DNA of 64,000 nucleotides, taken from assembly GCA_963843285.1 (NCBI GenBank), contig CAWJJO010000004.1, positions 5,521 to 69,520 of the forward strand, written 5' to 3'. The notes beneath the pieces were generated by a model that saw only the letters and a program-made list of their open reading frames with translations, ran no database searches and was not told where the DNA came from. The DNA comes from an uncultured bacterium. GTDB taxonomy: Bacteria; Acidobacteriota; HRBIN11; JAKEFK01. How positions within the stretch are numbered: the first letter of the stretch is position 1; each line of letters starts with the position of its first letter. Made by a program: the position numbers and the translations under genes. Of this stretch, positions 18,619 through 30,900 are shown piece by piece.

Positions 18619-21600
18619 TTAAGATCGGATCCAGAGTTTTTCGTAAACGACACTGGGAAGGGAGAAGCGCATTTCCAATCCTTCTACTTCCGCACGCGCG
18701 AACAAATAACGCTGCTCATGAAAAAGAGGAAGCGCCAACGCCTTGTTCCTGAGGATCTCTTCGATTTCGCGATAAATGGCCTGGCGGACTTTGCGGTCCT
18801 GTTCTGCGCGACCTCGTTCAATCAGCCGGTCCAATTCAGGCGAGCTGCAAAAAGCATCCAACATTCCGTCACCTGTCTCAAAGATCTCTGCAAAAGTAGA
18901 AGGATCCGGATAATCAGCATGCCACCGCACAAGAGCCAAATCCGCATTTCCTGTTTTGAGAAAGTCGGCAGACGCTTTATTCTCCAGTACTTTGATCCGA
19001 ATTCCTTTTTCGTTCAGCATGGCGATCAAATCTTGCAGCAGAGCCGAATACGTACTTTCGTAAATGGGATGGATCATGCAGGTCAGTTCCAGATCCCCTT
19101 TTCCTTTCACACTGGAGGGTAATCCTGTCCTGCGTGTAGGCTCATATCCAAGTAAGCCCGGCGGGGTCAAGCTGTAAGCCGCGATTCCCAAACGGCCTAC
19201 ACTCTGACGCACCAACCGGGTTACGTCCACCGATTCCAGAATTTGCCGTCGCAAAGCTGGATCGGTCATCGCTCCGGAATGAGAGTTCATCACCAGAAAA
19301 TAGGTGGAAAGAGTAGGCATTTCCGCGTAATGAGCGGCAAGAGTCGGATCACGGCGTAAGGTTGCAACATCTGATGGAAGCAAGTCAGTAGCCACTGAAA
19401 AGTCTCCGCTGCGGAACCCGCTCAAGATTTCTTGTGGCGGCACGCCAAAAGTGAATCTGAGCCCATCACTTTTGGGCAGTCCGGTACGCCAATAATCAGG
19501 ATTCGCTTCCAGTTCCAGCAGTTTTTCCGGCTCATACCGGATGAGGCGGAAAGGTCCCGTCCCGATACACCCATCTCGCCAGCTTCCCGAAAACAGAGTG
19601 CTCCCTTCCGGTATGACGGAGCAACAGGGATGGGTCAACATTGCCGGCAACAGCGAAAGAGGGCGGGTGAGGTCGATTACGAATTCCGTGGCGGAAATGA
19701 TCTTGAATCCAGGAAGGTCGTTGGATTCACCTTTGATCATCGAAGTGGCTCCACGAATTGCAGACAAATATCCGCGACGCGGAGATCCGCTTTTGCGCAG
19801 GAGTTGTTCAAAGGAGTAACGAACGTCGCGCGAAGTCAGGCGCCGTCCATCTTGAAAACGTACGTTTTCGCGCAACTTGAAGTGGAATCTTTTTCCTCCT
19901 TCCCCGGAAGAAAACTCAGATGCGAGCCACGGAATGATTCCCCCTTGCTTTTCGACGGTCAACGTTTCGAAAATCATGGGAGTCACTTCCCCCTCTACGA
20001 TCAGAAAATTCATCGAAGGGTCTATACTTTGTGGTCGCGTGGTTTGAGGGACTCGCACAAGCCCTCCTTCCCGTTTTTTGCCCGGAACCAAACCTTCTTC
20101 TTCGATTCTTCCGATTTCCGCGTACCGGACAAATGGCGCGCTGCTTTGAATCGCGAGTCCTCTGAGGTTGTGAGCCGCCACACGGTAATCGATTTCATAA
20201 AAGAGCGGCAAAAACGTTCCTTTCTCCATCAGCAGCTCTTCCATCTGTCGATACAACTTTTCTCTTTTCTCAGGGCGACTTTCCACGCGCGCCTGTTCCA
20301 TGAGCTCATCGATTTGATCGCTGGAGAAATATTTCCGAAAATTGCCGGCCTTGGAATAAAAAAGAGGATAAATGAAATTGTCCGGATCATCATAATCGGC
20401 GATCCAACGCGTGAGCAACACATCGATATTTTCATTGTTGTCCCAGGCCTCGCGATACGAGCTCATATCCGGCGTCACGATCGAAGTTTCAACACCCAGC
20501 TCTTCCCAGGTTTTCAACAACGCTCTGATCAAAGCGCCGTAGCGGTCCTGGAGAATCGGATGGACGGCAGCTCTTAACCGGATCGGTAAGGATAGACCGG
20601 TTGTTTGCAATCGTTCGCGAGCCTGATCGATGGAAATGCTGATATGTCTTCGGCCCGGATCGTGACCGAGCAGTCCGGGTGGCAGCAAACCCTCAGCAGG
20701 CTGCGCAAAGCGCCCCAGTGTGCGCCACACCAGATCATGCGTTTGAAGCACTCCGCATAATGCTTCGCGCAATGCAGCTACTTTTCCAAAGGGTCCGGAT
20801 GAGTTGAACACAAGAAAACAGGTGCTCTTTTTCGGAACTTCTACAAATCCAGCTTGAATCAACGGATCGCGAAGGATTTCATCCAGATTTTCCGGCAACA
20901 GATCGCGGACAACATCGAATTCACCTTTCTTGAAACCTTCCGCCATCTTCTTTGTGCTGATGGAAGTTCGAAACTCGACAGTATCCAGGAAAGGCGCGCG
21001 TCCTTTCCAGTAATGTTCGTTTTTCTGCAAAATGATTTTACCGGGTTCCACCGAATCGATCCGGAATGGACCTGTGCCCACCAGGTTTCCATGGGTGTCA
21101 TCGCAGGTGATCGCTGCCCGCGCATCCGTTAGCAGCGAGGGATAAATCAACAGCGGCTCCTCCAGTTGCACGGAGAACGAAGTGTCCGACTGCACCTGGA
21201 TTCCGGTGACCTCATTTTGGGAACCAGCGAGGAATTCCCGGACTCCCACGATGGAACCGAATGCTGCCGCCATATTTTCCCCGCTGACGCGGATCGCTTT
21301 TTCAAATGAGGATTTCACATCTTTCGCAGTGAGCGTGCGGCCATCGTGAAGAGATAATCCCTGTCTGAGAGTAAACACAAATAGTTTTCCATCTTCACGA
21401 GCTTCCCAGTTGTCGCACAAAAACGGGACCGGATGCCCGCGTTCATCTGTGCTCACCAGAGTTTCAAAGATCGTGGCATGAACTTCTGCTTCTTCCACAA
21501 GCGAAATGTTGGCAGGATGCAACGCGGAAATGGGAGCAGGAAGAGCCACAACAATCTTGCCCCCCTGCGCAATTTTTCCTTCTTTCTTCGGCTGCGGCGC

Positions 21601-24600
21601 GAGGACTTCCAATTCATGCAAATACTGCTTCGCCTTTTCGTACTCGCCCCGTAGATTTGCAACCGTGCTTCCGAGCGAAAGCAATCTGTGCAGACCGCCG
21701 GTTTCACCGCTGGACTTCGCAACCTGGATTCCTTTGTCCACCCATTTCCCGGTTTCCTCGAATTTCCTGCTCTCCCAGGAAGTTTCTGAGAGTTGAACGA
21801 GCGCATTCGCGAGATGCGCTTGATGTTTCTCCGTTTCAAACAGGGAAACCGCCTGTTCTAATTCCCGTAATGAATCCTCCAGATTTCCGGCCATCCGGTA
21901 TGCCTCTGCCAGAAGCATTCTGGCTTCCCCCTCTCTGGAACGATCCATCCCTTCTTCTTCATCGCCGAAGAAATCGAGAACGGTTTTTGTTGTGCGTATG
22001 GCATCTTCCGTGCTGAAAGCATGGAGAGATTTTCGCGCAAATTTTAAACCGTAGTCGATCACTTTTTCAGGAACGTCGGCATTCGAATAGTGATGAATCA
22101 ATTCCGGGTACACCCGCTCCAGCCGCCCCTGGTTCCGGCGCTCCAGCTCTTCAGCGTATTTGCGATGAAGGGACCGGCGTTTGCGGCGTGAAAGCTCCGC
22201 GTAGAGCACATCGCGAATCACGCCGCTGGAAAACATCAGACGGTCGCCGCGCGACTCCCGTTCTTCTTGCAACAAACCGTCACGGAGTAACTGATCGAGC
22301 GCATCTTCTACGTCCTTGCCTTCGGCAAGCAGCTCCAGATCCCTGAAATCAAAACTTTTCCCGATCACCGATGCGAGGGAAAGGACATCCTTCCGGTCCT
22401 GAGGCAGCCGCTTGATCCGTTTTTCGATCACTTGCTGGATTGTTTCCGGCAAAGCTCCTGAAGAAAAAGCGGCATCACTCGAAATGGTCCAGGCTCCCGT
22501 GTCATCCTTCGCGACCCCGCCCGAATCGATCAACGATCGAACAAGTTCCTGCGTAAAGTATGGATTTCCCTCCGTCGCTTCAAACAATCGTTCGGCGAAC
22601 CGGTCATCCAGAGTGGTTCCTGTCAGGATGGTTTCGAGAAACAGTCGATGTTCGGCAGTGGAAAAAGGTTGCAGATGCATCAGTAAAAATCGCCTGTCGC
22701 TGCGAAAGCTATCCAGAAGCTGGTGCAGCAGATGCCTCTTATCCACTTCGCCGCTGCGATACGTTCCTACCACCAGAGTCGGCGTTGTGCTGAGCCGGCG
22801 CACCAGATATTCCAACGCATCAATCGAAATGTCTACGTTATGCAGATCTTCAAAGAAAATGACCAGCGGCTTTGCGCCTCCGATCCGGATAAAAGAACGG
22901 GCGAGCAGATCAAAGATATAAGTGCGGTCTTCAATCTTTTTTGTTTCTGCTCCGGGCGTAATCTTTCGATCCGAAGTTAACTCGATCTCTGCGAGAACGG
23001 GAAACAGAGAGACGAGATCAGAAGCAAGGTCGGAGAAATCCACCGGACCGGAAGAAGAGGTTGCCTTTAAGTGAAAATATTCCTGGATGACTTCACAAAA
23101 CCCCTGATAGGGGAAGGCCCGGTCCTGTTCTGCGAAACGACCGTGAAGAACACGGATGTGGCGCGCGCGCGCGAGCCGTTCCAGCTCATCCAGCAATCTG
23201 CTCTTGCCGATTCCTGCTTCACCGCCGACCACCACAAACTGGCATTCACCGGCTGCTGCCAGGTTCAACCGGTTTTGTAAATCGGTGAATTCTTTTTCTC
23301 GATCCACAAAAGGAGATTGCACGGCCTTTTGAATATGACTGGACAACCTGCCGATCATGGACAGCTTTTGCGCGCGTTCGCTGTCGCGCAGCTTCGAACG
23401 AAGCTTCATCAAAGATTCCGTTAATTCCCGCGCGCGCTGCGGACGTTTGGTCCGGTCCTTTTCCAGACAGCTCATCACAATGCGTTCCAGCTCCTCCGGC
23501 ACATCGGCGCCAAGCAAACGAGGAGCCGACGGAATTTCGTGAGCGATGCGGTACAGGACCGACTGAATTTCTCCTGCGAAAGGCGCTTCTCCCACCAGAC
23601 ACTCATACAGCACCGTTCCCAGAGAATAAATATCGGAACGTCCATCCAGGTCTCCCTGCGATAATTGCTCAGGACTGAGATAGGCGACGGTGCCCACTAA
23701 CATCCCTGTTTTGGTGAGATGGCTTTGAGTCGAGGACATGGCAAGACCGAAGTCGGTCACACGCACACGCGCTCCACCCGTAGCCGTTTCTCCCACCGAT
23801 ACGAGAATATTTTCCGGCTTGATGTCGCGATGTACGACCCCTTTCGTGTGGCTGTATTCGAGAGCATCCGATACCTGAATACCGATGTCGATGACATCTC
23901 CTAAACTCAGAGAGCGGTCGCGCAGCAAAGCTCGAAGACTCGATCCCGGAACGTACGGCATGACAAAGAACAGAGCTCCGGCGTGTTCGCCGATATCGTA
24001 TACGTTCACGATTGCCGGATGATCCATCTTCGCAACCACGCGCGCCTCTCGCTTGAAGCGTTCCACCGCGTCGGTGGAAAGAGCATCCGGAGTGATCACT
24101 TTGACAGCCACTTCGCGATCCAGCATCGGATCCCGGGCGAGGTAAACCACACCCATTCCGCCACGGCCCAGCTCGCGAATAATCTGATACCGGTTGGCAA
24201 AGCGAAGCGCCCTCAGCGCATTGGCCAGCTCCATAGCGGAGGAGTAGCGCTGGTTCCTGTCCTTGACCATGGCGCGGCGAAGGATCGGATCCAGTCCCTG
24301 CGGCATCAGAGCGGAAACGGAGCTCGGAAGCGGAGGATCGGTTGTGGCAATTTCATGCAAGATCGAAAGAACACTGGGACCGCTGAAAGGAACTTTTCCG
24401 GTGGCTGCTTCATAGAGAACGGCTCCCAAGGAGAAAATATCGGTGCGGAAATCGAGCGGTTCGCCTCGCGTTTGCTCCGGGGACATGTACGCCACGGTTC
24501 CTACAATCATTCCTGTTTTCGTGAGTTTACTGACGGTTTGCTCACCGCTTACCTTTTCATCCTCAACCTGGACCACCTTCGCAAGGCCGAAATCGAGTAT

Positions 24601-25050
24601 TTTGGCCTGCCCGTTGGGTGTTACTAATATGTTCGAAGGTTTGATGTCCCGGTGGATCAGACCCGCTGAATGCGCCGCTGCAAGACCATCTGCAATCTGC
24701 GATCCAAGATCCAGAAGCTGCGACAATTCCAGGGGACCTCGCTGCAACAAGGATCTTAACGTTTCCCCTTCCACATATTCCATGACGATGAAATCCGCGC
24801 CATCAACCTCTTCGATGTTATAGATCGTAACGATGTTCGGATGATTCAGAGCGGATGCAGACCGCGCTTCCTGCAACAGACGCCGCTTCGCTGTGGCATC
24901 CTGTGAAGCGGAGGAGGGCAAGAACTTGACCGCCACCTGGCGTCCAAGCTTGAGGTCCTGGGCTTTAAAGACTTCACCCATTCCCCCCTGCCCGATTTTT
25001 TCAAGAATGCGGTAATGAAGTATTTTCTGTTCGGGACCGGATGAATTCAC
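18619..25050 (-). CDS. giant multidomain signalling protein: two tandem Ser/Thr kinase domains, AAA/STAND NTPase, TPR, two SBP_bac_5 (OppA/DppA-like) solute-binding domains
   Basis: 2143 aa. Kinase 1: [31 protein letters not shown]. Kinase 2: [27 protein letters not shown]. Walker [13 protein letters not shown]. Two C-terminal modules with the family-5 SBP pattern (GTGPFR...KNEHYW). No TM segment evident. Confidence 0.85.
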   Translation of the reverse strand: MNSSGPEQKILHYRILEKIGQGGMGEVFKAQDLKLGRQVAVKFLPSSASQDATAKRRLLQEARSASALNHPNIVTIYNIEEVDGADFIVMEYVEGETLRSLLQRGPLELSQLLDLGSQIADGLAAAHSAGLIHRDIKPSNILVTPNGQAKILDFGLAKVVQVEDEKVSGEQTVSKLTKTGMIVGTVAYMSPEQTRGEPLDFRTDIFSLGAVLYEAATGKVPFSGPSVLSILHEIATTDPPLPSSVSALMPQGLDPILRRAMVKDRNQRYSSAMELANALRALRFANRYQIIRELGRGGMGVVYLARDPMLDREVAVKVITPDALSTDAVERFKREARVVAKMDHPAIVNVYDIGEHAGALFFVMPYVPGSSLRALLRDRSLSLGDVIDIGIQVSDALEYSHTKGVVHRDIKPENILVSVGETATGGARVRVTDFGLAMSSTQSHLTKTGMLVGTVAYLSPEQLSQGDLDGRSDIYSLGTVLYECLVGEAPFAGEIQSVLYRIAHEIPSAPRLLGADVPEELERIVMSCLEKDRTKRPQRARELTESLMKLRSKLRDSERAQKLSMIGRLSSHIQKAVQSPFVDREKEFTDLQNRLNLAAAGECQFVVVGGEAGIGKSRLLDELERLARARHIRVLHGRFAEQDRAFPYQGFCEVIQEYFHLKATSSSGPVDFSDLASDLVSLFPVLAEIELTSDRKITPGAETKKIEDRTYIFDLLARSFIRIGGAKPLVIFFEDLHNVDISIDALEYLVRRLSTTPTLVVGTYRSGEVDKRHLLHQLLDSFRSDRRFLLMHLQPFSTAEHRLFLETILTGTTLDDRFAERLFEATEGNPYFTQELVRSLIDSGGVAKDDTGAWTISSDAAFSSGALPETIQQVIEKRIKRLPQDRKDVLSLASVIGKSFDFRDLELLAEGKDVEDALDQLLRDGLLQEERESRGDRLMFSSGVIRDVLYAELSRRKRRSLHRKYAEELERRNQGRLERVYPELIHHYSNADVPEKVIDYGLKFARKSLHAFSTEDAIRTTKTVLDFFGDEEEGMDRSREGEARMLLAEAYRMAGNLEDSLRELEQAVSLFETEKHQAHLANALVQLSETSWESRKFEETGKWVDKGIQVAKSSGETGGLHRLLSLGSTVANLRGEYEKAKQYLHELEVLAPQPKKEGKIAQGGKIVVALPAPISALHPANISLVEEAEVHATIFETLVSTDERGHPVPFLCDNWEAREDGKLFVFTLRQGLSLHDGRTLTAKDVKSSFEKAIRVSGENMAAAFGSIVGVREFLAGSQNEVTGIQVQSDTSFSVQLEEPLLIYPSLLTDARAAITCDDTHGNLVGTGPFRIDSVEPGKIILQKNEHYWKGRAPFLDTVEFRTSISTKKMAEGFKKGEFDVVRDLLPENLDEILRDPLIQAGFVEVPKKSTCFLVFNSSGPFGKVAALREALCGVLQTHDLVWRTLGRFAQPAEGLLPPGLLGHDPGRRHISISIDQARERLQTTGLSLPIRLRAAVHPILQDRYGALIRALLKTWEELGVETSIVTPDMSSYREAWDNNENIDVLLTRWIADYDDPDNFIYPLFYSKAGNFRKYFSSDQIDELMEQARVESRPEKREKLYRQMEELLMEKGTFLPLFYEIDYRVAAHNLRGLAIQSSAPFVRYAEIGRIEEEGLVPGKKREGGLVRVPQTTRPQSIDPSMNFLIVEGEVTPMIFETLTVEKQGGIIPWLASEFSSGEGGKRFHFKLRENVRFQDGRRLTSRDVRYSFEQLLRKSGSPRRGYLSAIRGATSMIKGESNDLPGFKIISATEFVIDLTRPLSLLPAMLTHPCCSVIPEGSTLFSGSWRDGCIGTGPFRLIRYEPEKLLELEANPDYWRTGLPKSDGLRFTFGVPPQEILSGFRSGDFSVATDLLPSDVATLRRDPTLAAHYAEMPTLSTYFLVMNSHSGAMTDPALRRQILESVDVTRLVRQSVGRLGIAAYSLTPPGLLGYEPTRRTGLPSSVKGKGDLELTCMIHPIYESTYSALLQDLIAMLNEKGIRIKVLENKASADFLKTGNADLALVRWHADYPDPSTFAEIFETGDGMLDAFCSSPELDRLIERGRAEQDRKVRQAIYREIEEILRNKALALPLFHEQRYLFARAEVEGLEMRFSLPSVVYEKLWIRS

Positions 25051-25115
25051 GATGACTCCGTGGAACTTCGGGCTAAATCAGCAAAAGTAAAAGTATACCA
25101 GAGTGGGTGTAACAA
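23451..25115. repeat. segmental duplication copy A (~1.67 kb, near-identical to 32406..34078)
   Basis: Identity starts at CCGGTCCTTTTCCAGACAGCTCATCACAATGCG and ends inside the G-rich repeat arm after GTGTAACAAGGGGGA. Confidence 0.85.
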
Positions 25116-25167
25116 GGGGGATGGGGGGGATGGAGGAGATAAGGGGATGGGGTTTTATTTATTGAAT

Positions 25168-26493
25168 CAGTGCTGTCCGGTTAAATGTCGAATAGTTGCA
25201 ATTGTTTACAGTTTAGATCCTGTTGAATCGTATAGTTTGGTTGTGAAAGTGCTTGGAAAATGGGCATTTTTTCGAAAAGGCTGAGACTCAAAATCTGTAG
25301 AATTGTGTAAAGGCTTTGATCCAGTTGGAGTTGTTTCTTTATCACCGACACCAGAACATAAACCGAGATGGAAATCCAAATTTGAGTCTTCACAGCGTTT
25401 GGTGAGGTTCCATAAAATGCTTTGATTCGCAAATGCTGTTTGATCCATTTGAAGAAAAGTTCGATCTGCCAACGGCATTTGTACAGCTGGCCGATGACCA
25501 CGGCAGGCAGATGGAAATTGTTGGTTAAGAATGTAAATCGCTTGTTTGTTTCGGTATCGTAGTATCGAATGCGGCGTAGTTTGTCGGGGTAATCTAGTTT
25601 GGTTTTGATGCCATTTAGCAAGATAGTTTGATCGCATCGAAGTCCTGTGGATCGCTCCACAGGATAGGAGTATAGACGATGGTAGTCGAAGTTGCTTTTG
25701 GCTCTCGTGATGAAGAAGGCCATGGTTTGATCGATCTTGTAGAGTCGAGCAAAATCGACGTAACCGCGATCCATGATGTAGATGGCAGCGGGCTCGAATG
25801 TCAGTTGGTCCAGGATGTTGATATCGTGCACTTTTCCTGTCGTGACAATAACCGTCGTCGGAAGATTGCCGCGCAAATCCAGCAGCGTGTGAAGTTTTAT
25901 CGCGCCTTTGTGCTTGCGAAACCTCGCCCACGGAAACAACTCCAGACAAAGATCGATTGTAGTGGAGTCCAAAGCGTAGACTGTCTGATCCAAATCCAAA
26001 GCGAAAGGCCCGTCTGCGTACAGTTGTCGAGCAATGCCAATGAGCACCTGCGCAAAATCGGCGTAAATCTGCCAAGATCGCTTCTCGTTGGCATCGGCCA
26101 GTGTGCTGCGGGAGATCTTGCCGCGAATGCCAGCATGATAAAGTTTGGATTCCATTACCCGCAGACACGTCTCGATATCCCGCAGACTCTCGCGATATGT
26201 AAGTTGCGCAAAGGCCATGCAAAGAAACTGATCCAAACAAGAGAAACTCCGCGTACGATGATTCCCTTGATAGCGTTCGACACATTGATTGAATTCCAAG
26301 CGGGAAGCGAGTCCATCAATTGAGAGAAAACCGTTCGTCCTTCGTTCATAGACCACCTCTTTCCGTAACAAAGCGCGGAAAGTATGGCAGAAAGGATCAA
26401 CTAATTTGAAATCGAAAACGACTATTTTGTACTCTAAGATATTCATTTAGTATAAGTTATGGGCAACTTCAAAATTTTAACCGGACAGCACTG
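25168..26493 (-). mobile_element. IS4-family insertion sequence, 1326 bp, intact
   Basis: 18-bp perfect terminal inverted repeats CAGTGCTGTCCGGTTAAA. 9-bp direct target duplication TTATTGAAT (25159-25167 and 26494-26502). Single DDE transposase ORF. Confidence 0.85.
25181..26446 (-). CDS. IS4-family DDE transposase
   Basis: 421 aa filling the IS between its IRs; sequence is IS4-like. Confidence 0.8.
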   Translation of the reverse strand: MNILEYKIVVFDFKLVDPFCHTFRALLRKEVVYERRTNGFLSIDGLASRLEFNQCVERYQGNHRTRSFSCLDQFLCMAFAQLTYRESLRDIETCLRVMESKLYHAGIRGKISRSTLADANEKRSWQIYADFAQVLIGIARQLYADGPFALDLDQTVYALDSTTIDLCLELFPWARFRKHKGAIKLHTLLDLRGNLPTTVIVTTGKVHDINILDQLTFEPAAIYIMDRGYVDFARLYKIDQTMAFFITRAKSNFDYHRLYSYPVERSTGLRCDQTILLNGIKTKLDYPDKLRRIRYYDTETNKRFTFLTNNFHLPAVVIGQLYKCRWQIELFFKWIKQHLRIKAFYGTSPNAVKTQIWISISVYVLVSVIKKQLQLDQSLYTILQILSLSLFEKMPIFQALSQPNYTIQQDLNCKQLQLFDI

Positions 26494-26608
26494 TTATTGA
26501 ATAATAAATTATCCCCACATCTCCATCATCCCCTGATCTCCTTTCTTACACTTCTTTCAATCGGGAACTGGAATTACACTGGCTCGCCGGGCACCGAAAC
26601 GGTATCGG

Positions 26609-27754
26609 CTAAAGCCAACCGCCACTAAATCCCGCCCGCCGCAGTCCGGTGACGACTGCCGGGCAACGGCGCATGATGTTCCAGAGCAGGCCGGTCCGGT
26701 AGTTCTCGATCATCAGCACGACCGGTCCTTGATCGATGCCGAAGTGATACGGCGTGACCCACCAACCGGTCGGGCTATCCGGCACGGCAAACGATTGATT
26801 GAACGACGGCTTGAACCCATATTTCCCCGTCATTCCCAGGTCCATTCGCGCAAAGTGCCGCACGGTCGGGATGACGATTTCAGGAGCAAACGGCAGCGAG
26901 GCGACGACGACCCACGGGGCGACAGTGCCGTCGTCTGGACCGAATGGGGCGCCGCGAGCGATATAGTCGAAGAACTCGCGTTCGACGCCGTTGACCACCC
27001 GCTTCGCCCAACCGGGTCCGTCGCATGCCGTGAATCCCCAACAGTGTTCGCCGTAGCCGACGAAATTCATGGGATTGCGGATCGCGTATTCCTGCTGCAC
27101 AAACGTCGCCTGCCGGCTGTTCTCGAAGTAGTCGCTGCCGTGCGTCCGCATGAATTCGTCGCGAATGCCGCGAAAGTCGATCCACATATGCGAGAGCTGA
27201 TGCGTGAAGAGCGGCCCCGAGTAAAGCAATTCACGATCGTAGATGTTCTTCCACTGGTAGGTCGCGCAATAGGCGCGATAACTCTCGGGCGGCAACGGAT
27301 GCGTTGGCGAGCCGAGTCCGAGGATGTAGAGCAGCAAGCCTTCGTCGTAACCTTGCCAGCGGTGTGGGATGAACCCGTTCTCCGGCCGCCAGCCATGCGT
27401 GAGCGTCGGTCCGCCATCACAGGCCCAATTCCAGTCGGCCCGACGGTAAAGCGCATCGGCCAAGCTTCTGATCTCGACCTCGTCGGGCGTGTCGCGGTCG
27501 AAATAGGTGGCGACCGTCAAGGCACCCGCGAACAGAAATGCCGAGTCGATGGTGGAAAGCTCGCACTGCCAGACGCGGCGACCCGTTTCGATGTCCAGGA
27601 AATGGTAGAAGAAGCCTTTGTAACCGGAGGCGTCCGGCTCGGGACCCTGCGGGCATTCGAGCAGGTATCGCAGTCGTTTCCGGGTGATCTTGGCGGCGAA
27701 ATCTCGGAAGAGGACGCCGCGCTCGACGACGACCGGAATCGTCGCCAGCGCCAT
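26609..27754 (-). CDS. hypothetical Trp/Tyr-rich protein in high-GC block, possibly glycoside-hydrolase-associated (DUF3131/glucoamylase-like?)
   Basis: 381-aa intact ORF immediately downstream of the GH94 pseudogene. Family call weak. Confidence 0.4.
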   Translation of the reverse strand: MALATIPVVVERGVLFRDFAAKITRKRLRYLLECPQGPEPDASGYKGFFYHFLDIETGRRVWQCELSTIDSAFLFAGALTVATYFDRDTPDEVEIRSLADALYRRADWNWACDGGPTLTHGWRPENGFIPHRWQGYDEGLLLYILGLGSPTHPLPPESYRAYCATYQWKNIYDRELLYSGPLFTHQLSHMWIDFRGIRDEFMRTHGSDYFENSRQATFVQQEYAIRNPMNFVGYGEHCWGFTACDGPGWAKRVVNGVEREFFDYIARGAPFGPDDGTVAPWVVVASLPFAPEIVIPTVRHFARMDLGMTGKYGFKPSFNQSFAVPDSPTGWWVTPYHFGIDQGPVVLMIENYRTGLLWNIMRRCPAVVTGLRRAGFSGGWL

Positions 27755-27930
27755 GCCGACGGCGGCGATGCTGACCGGAGCGTTCGGGTCGGTCTTGTCG
27801 CGGACCAGCCCATTGTCCGGATTGGTTTCGTGCAGATAGTACAGAACCGTGGAGAACTGCAGCAGACCCAGATCTTGTCGGTGAGCAGTCGATCAAGATC
27901 GTTGTCGGCACCGGGAGTGTCGGCCATGAG

Positions 27931-30900
27931 TCAGTTGCTCTCGGTCAGCCCAATTGCACGCGGACGTTGTGAGTCTTCCCGTCGTCGCTGAGCGGCACTG
28001 CGTCGTTCGGCAATCGTTGCCCGTCCAAGCTCGACCGATCGGACGCCGCGACCCGTGCCAGCCGAGTTGTCCACCAGAATCCGGTATGTCGCGGACCGAT
28101 GGCGATAGGTCAGTTCAAATCCCGGCCAGCTCGGCGGGATGCATGGCTCGAAACGAAGAGTGCCGCCCCGCAATTGGAAGCCCAGAATCGTTTCAATCGC
28201 GACGCGGTAGAGCCAACTCGCCGAGCCGGTGTACCACGTCCAGCCGCCGCGGCCCGTGTGCGGCGGGGCGCCATACACGTCGGCGCACACCACATACGGC
28301 TCAACTTTGTAATGCTGCACCTCCTCAGCCGTCGTGGCATGGTAGACCGGGTTGATGAGGTTCCAAAGTTCCATGGCGCGGTCGCCGCGACCCTGCAACG
28401 CCGTCGCCAGGGCAACCCAAGTGGCGGCGTGGGTGTATTGACCGCCGTTCTCGCGGATGCCCGGCACATATCCTTTGATGTAGCCGGGCTGAAGGGTGCC
28501 TTTGTCGAACGGCGGGTCGAACAGTTGGATCAGTTTGTCGCCGATACGCACCAGTCGTTTTTGAACCGCGTCCATTGCCGATTGAGCCCGCTGCCGGGTT
28601 TGCTACCCCGGAAATGACCGCCCACGCTTGTGGGATGGCGTCGATCTGGCACTCATCGTTTTGAGCTGATCCCAGGGGAGTGCCGTCGTCGAAATATGCC
28701 CGGCGGTACCACGCGCCGTCCCAGGCGTTCGCCTCCAGAGCAACCCGCAACTGCTCGGCTCGCTCCCGGCACCAATTGGCATCGTCGGCCTGGCTGCGCC
28801 GCTCAGCCAATTCTGCAAACGCGTTCAACACGCTGACGAAGAACCACCCGTTCCAAACGCTCTCGCCCTTTCCGTGGGCGCCCACCTTATTCATGCCGTC
28901 GTTCCAATCGCCAGTGCCCATGAGGGGCAATCCGTGGGGACCCAGTCGATAGCCGTGCTTCAGCGCGCGAACGCAGTGCTCGTAAACGGTGCCAGTCTGC
29001 TCACTCACTGCGGGCAAGTTGAAGTCTTCCTCCTGGTCTTCGCGAAGTACCGGCGACGTGATGAACGGCACGACTTCATCTAACAAGCTCCGTGTCGCCT
29101 GTTGTCACAACATAGTGGTGAACGACGAGCGGCAGGAAATAGAGGTCGTCGGTGATCCGCGTGCGAACGCCGATCCCGGACGGCGGGTGCCACCAGTGCT
29201 GGACATCGCCCTCCTCGAATTGCCGTGCCGCCGATCGCAAGATCTGCGCCCGCGCCTCTGCCGGAGCGCTGTAGACCAGGGCCATCACATCCTGCAGTTG
29301 GTCTCGAAAGCCGTACGCTCCGCCGGATTGGTAAAACGCGGAGCGAGCCCAAACGCGGCAAGCCAGGACCTGATAAACAAGCCAACGGTTGAGCATCAGG
29401 TCGATGCCCGGATCGGGCGTAGTCACGTGCAACGCGTTCAGGTAGCGGTCCCATTGCTGTTGCACCTGCGTCAGTGCCGCATCGGCTCGATCGGATTGTG
29501 TGTATTCGTCAATGAGTCGATGAACCTCCTCCAAACTGTCCGCCTGACCCAAGGCAAAAACCACTTCTCTCGTCTCACCAGGAGCCAGCGTCAGTTCCGT
29601 CGTCATTGCCGCGCAGGGATCGAGGGCATGGGCCGGCGCGGCCGGACAGCCCGACGCGCCTCAGAGCGGCGGGCATTGAAATCGAGCCGTGTTCCCCGAG
29701 AAATTCCGTACGATCGGCGGTGACCGACTGCGTCGGCGAACCACAGGCCGCGAAGGCGATCTTCTCGGCGAAGTTCGCCGGCCCAGGCATTCCGCGCCAA
29801 TATCGCGCTCGCTCTCCGGATCGCGCTCACAGACGACTTGCAGCGGAGCGTTTTCACGGACGGTTCCAAGAACCCATTCGGCGTAGTACGTCGCCGACAA
29901 GCGCCGGGGCCGATCGCCGTCATTTCGCACCGTCAGGCACACCAACTTAATCGGATCGTCGGTCGGGACGAAAACCAAAAGGTCCTGATTGAGATTGCGG
30001 CTGACATGCGTGTAGCGAGTGTAGCCCTGGCCGTGGCGGACGGTCACCGTTGCCGCTAGGTCCCAGCGGCAAGGGCGTGGGTGTCCAGAAGTCACCGGTT
30101 TCCTCGTCGCGCAAATAGATCACTTCGCTTGGCGGGTCCGAAGTCGGATCATTCGACCAGGGAGTGAGGCGGTTCATTTGACTATTGCCCGCCCAACTGT
30201 AGCCCAGACCAGCCTCTGTCACTAAACATCCGAACTGCGGATTGGCCAGCACATTCGTCCAGGGGGCCGGCGGCAACGCTGGTCCCGACTGTGACGTGCC
30301 GTCGATGACGATCACGTACTCGCGGCCATCACGGGTGAAACCTCCGAAGCCGTTCCAGAAACTCAATCCTTCAGGCGGTCGGGCGGGCTGCGCGACAGGC
30401 TTTGTCGCCGATCGCAGCCGGAGTGAGTTGCGGCGGCGGATCGGGCGGTGGGGCAGCGCGATGATCGATCTGCTCGGTCAGCGAGCCCGCGACCACCGCC
30501 GAGTACAGCCCGCGCGGCGGCCGCGAGCAGGACCGCATCATCGGCCGGCACCTTGTCCGCGGTCAAAAAGAACACACCGCCTGGCTTGCCGAGCATCTCG
30601 CCGGCAACTCCCGTCTGTAGTTCCTTTCGTAACCGATCGGCAGGTTCGCCGGCGCGCTCGTCCAGAATCACGAGATCCAATTTCAATCCCCGACGGCGTG
30701 TATAGGTGCGCCACTGAACAAGTTGGCGAACGACCGTCTCATCGTCGTCCTGAGCGACTCGGACCAGCACAATTGGCAGGTCACCGGAAATGGAGTGCGG
30801 CCACAGGCTCGCCTGCCCCAGCCGGTTGGCAGCCACGGCATCAAGGTCGCGAAGACCGGAGTTCGTGAAAATGACGGCCGCCGCCAATCGGTTGAACAGG

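Larger units (their letters stand above)
25107..26551 (+). repeat. G-rich palindromic repeat, full element split by IS (left arm 25107-25152, right C-rich arm 26511-26551)
   Basis: Removing the IS plus one TSD reconstitutes an element like those at 49860 and 57482. Confidence 0.8.

Noticed and set aside
19432-20577. 381-aa + strand ORF inside the giant kinase gene
   Set aside because: Fully antisense to a strongly supported coding region; low-complexity R/S-rich translation. Spurious.
25206-26285. 359-aa alternative-frame ORF within the IS
   Set aside because: Overlaps the transposase ORF in another frame on the same strand, while the transposase frame has recognisable IS4-like sequence. 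Spurious.
26729-29723. Long + strand ORFs (420 aa, 244 aa, 172 aa etc.) in the 26.7-29.7 kb region
   Set aside because: These lie antisense to GH94-homologous coding sequence in a ~65% GC block where stop-free frames arise by chance. They have no motifs and Arg/Ala/Pro-rich composition typical of GC-driven spurious ORFs.
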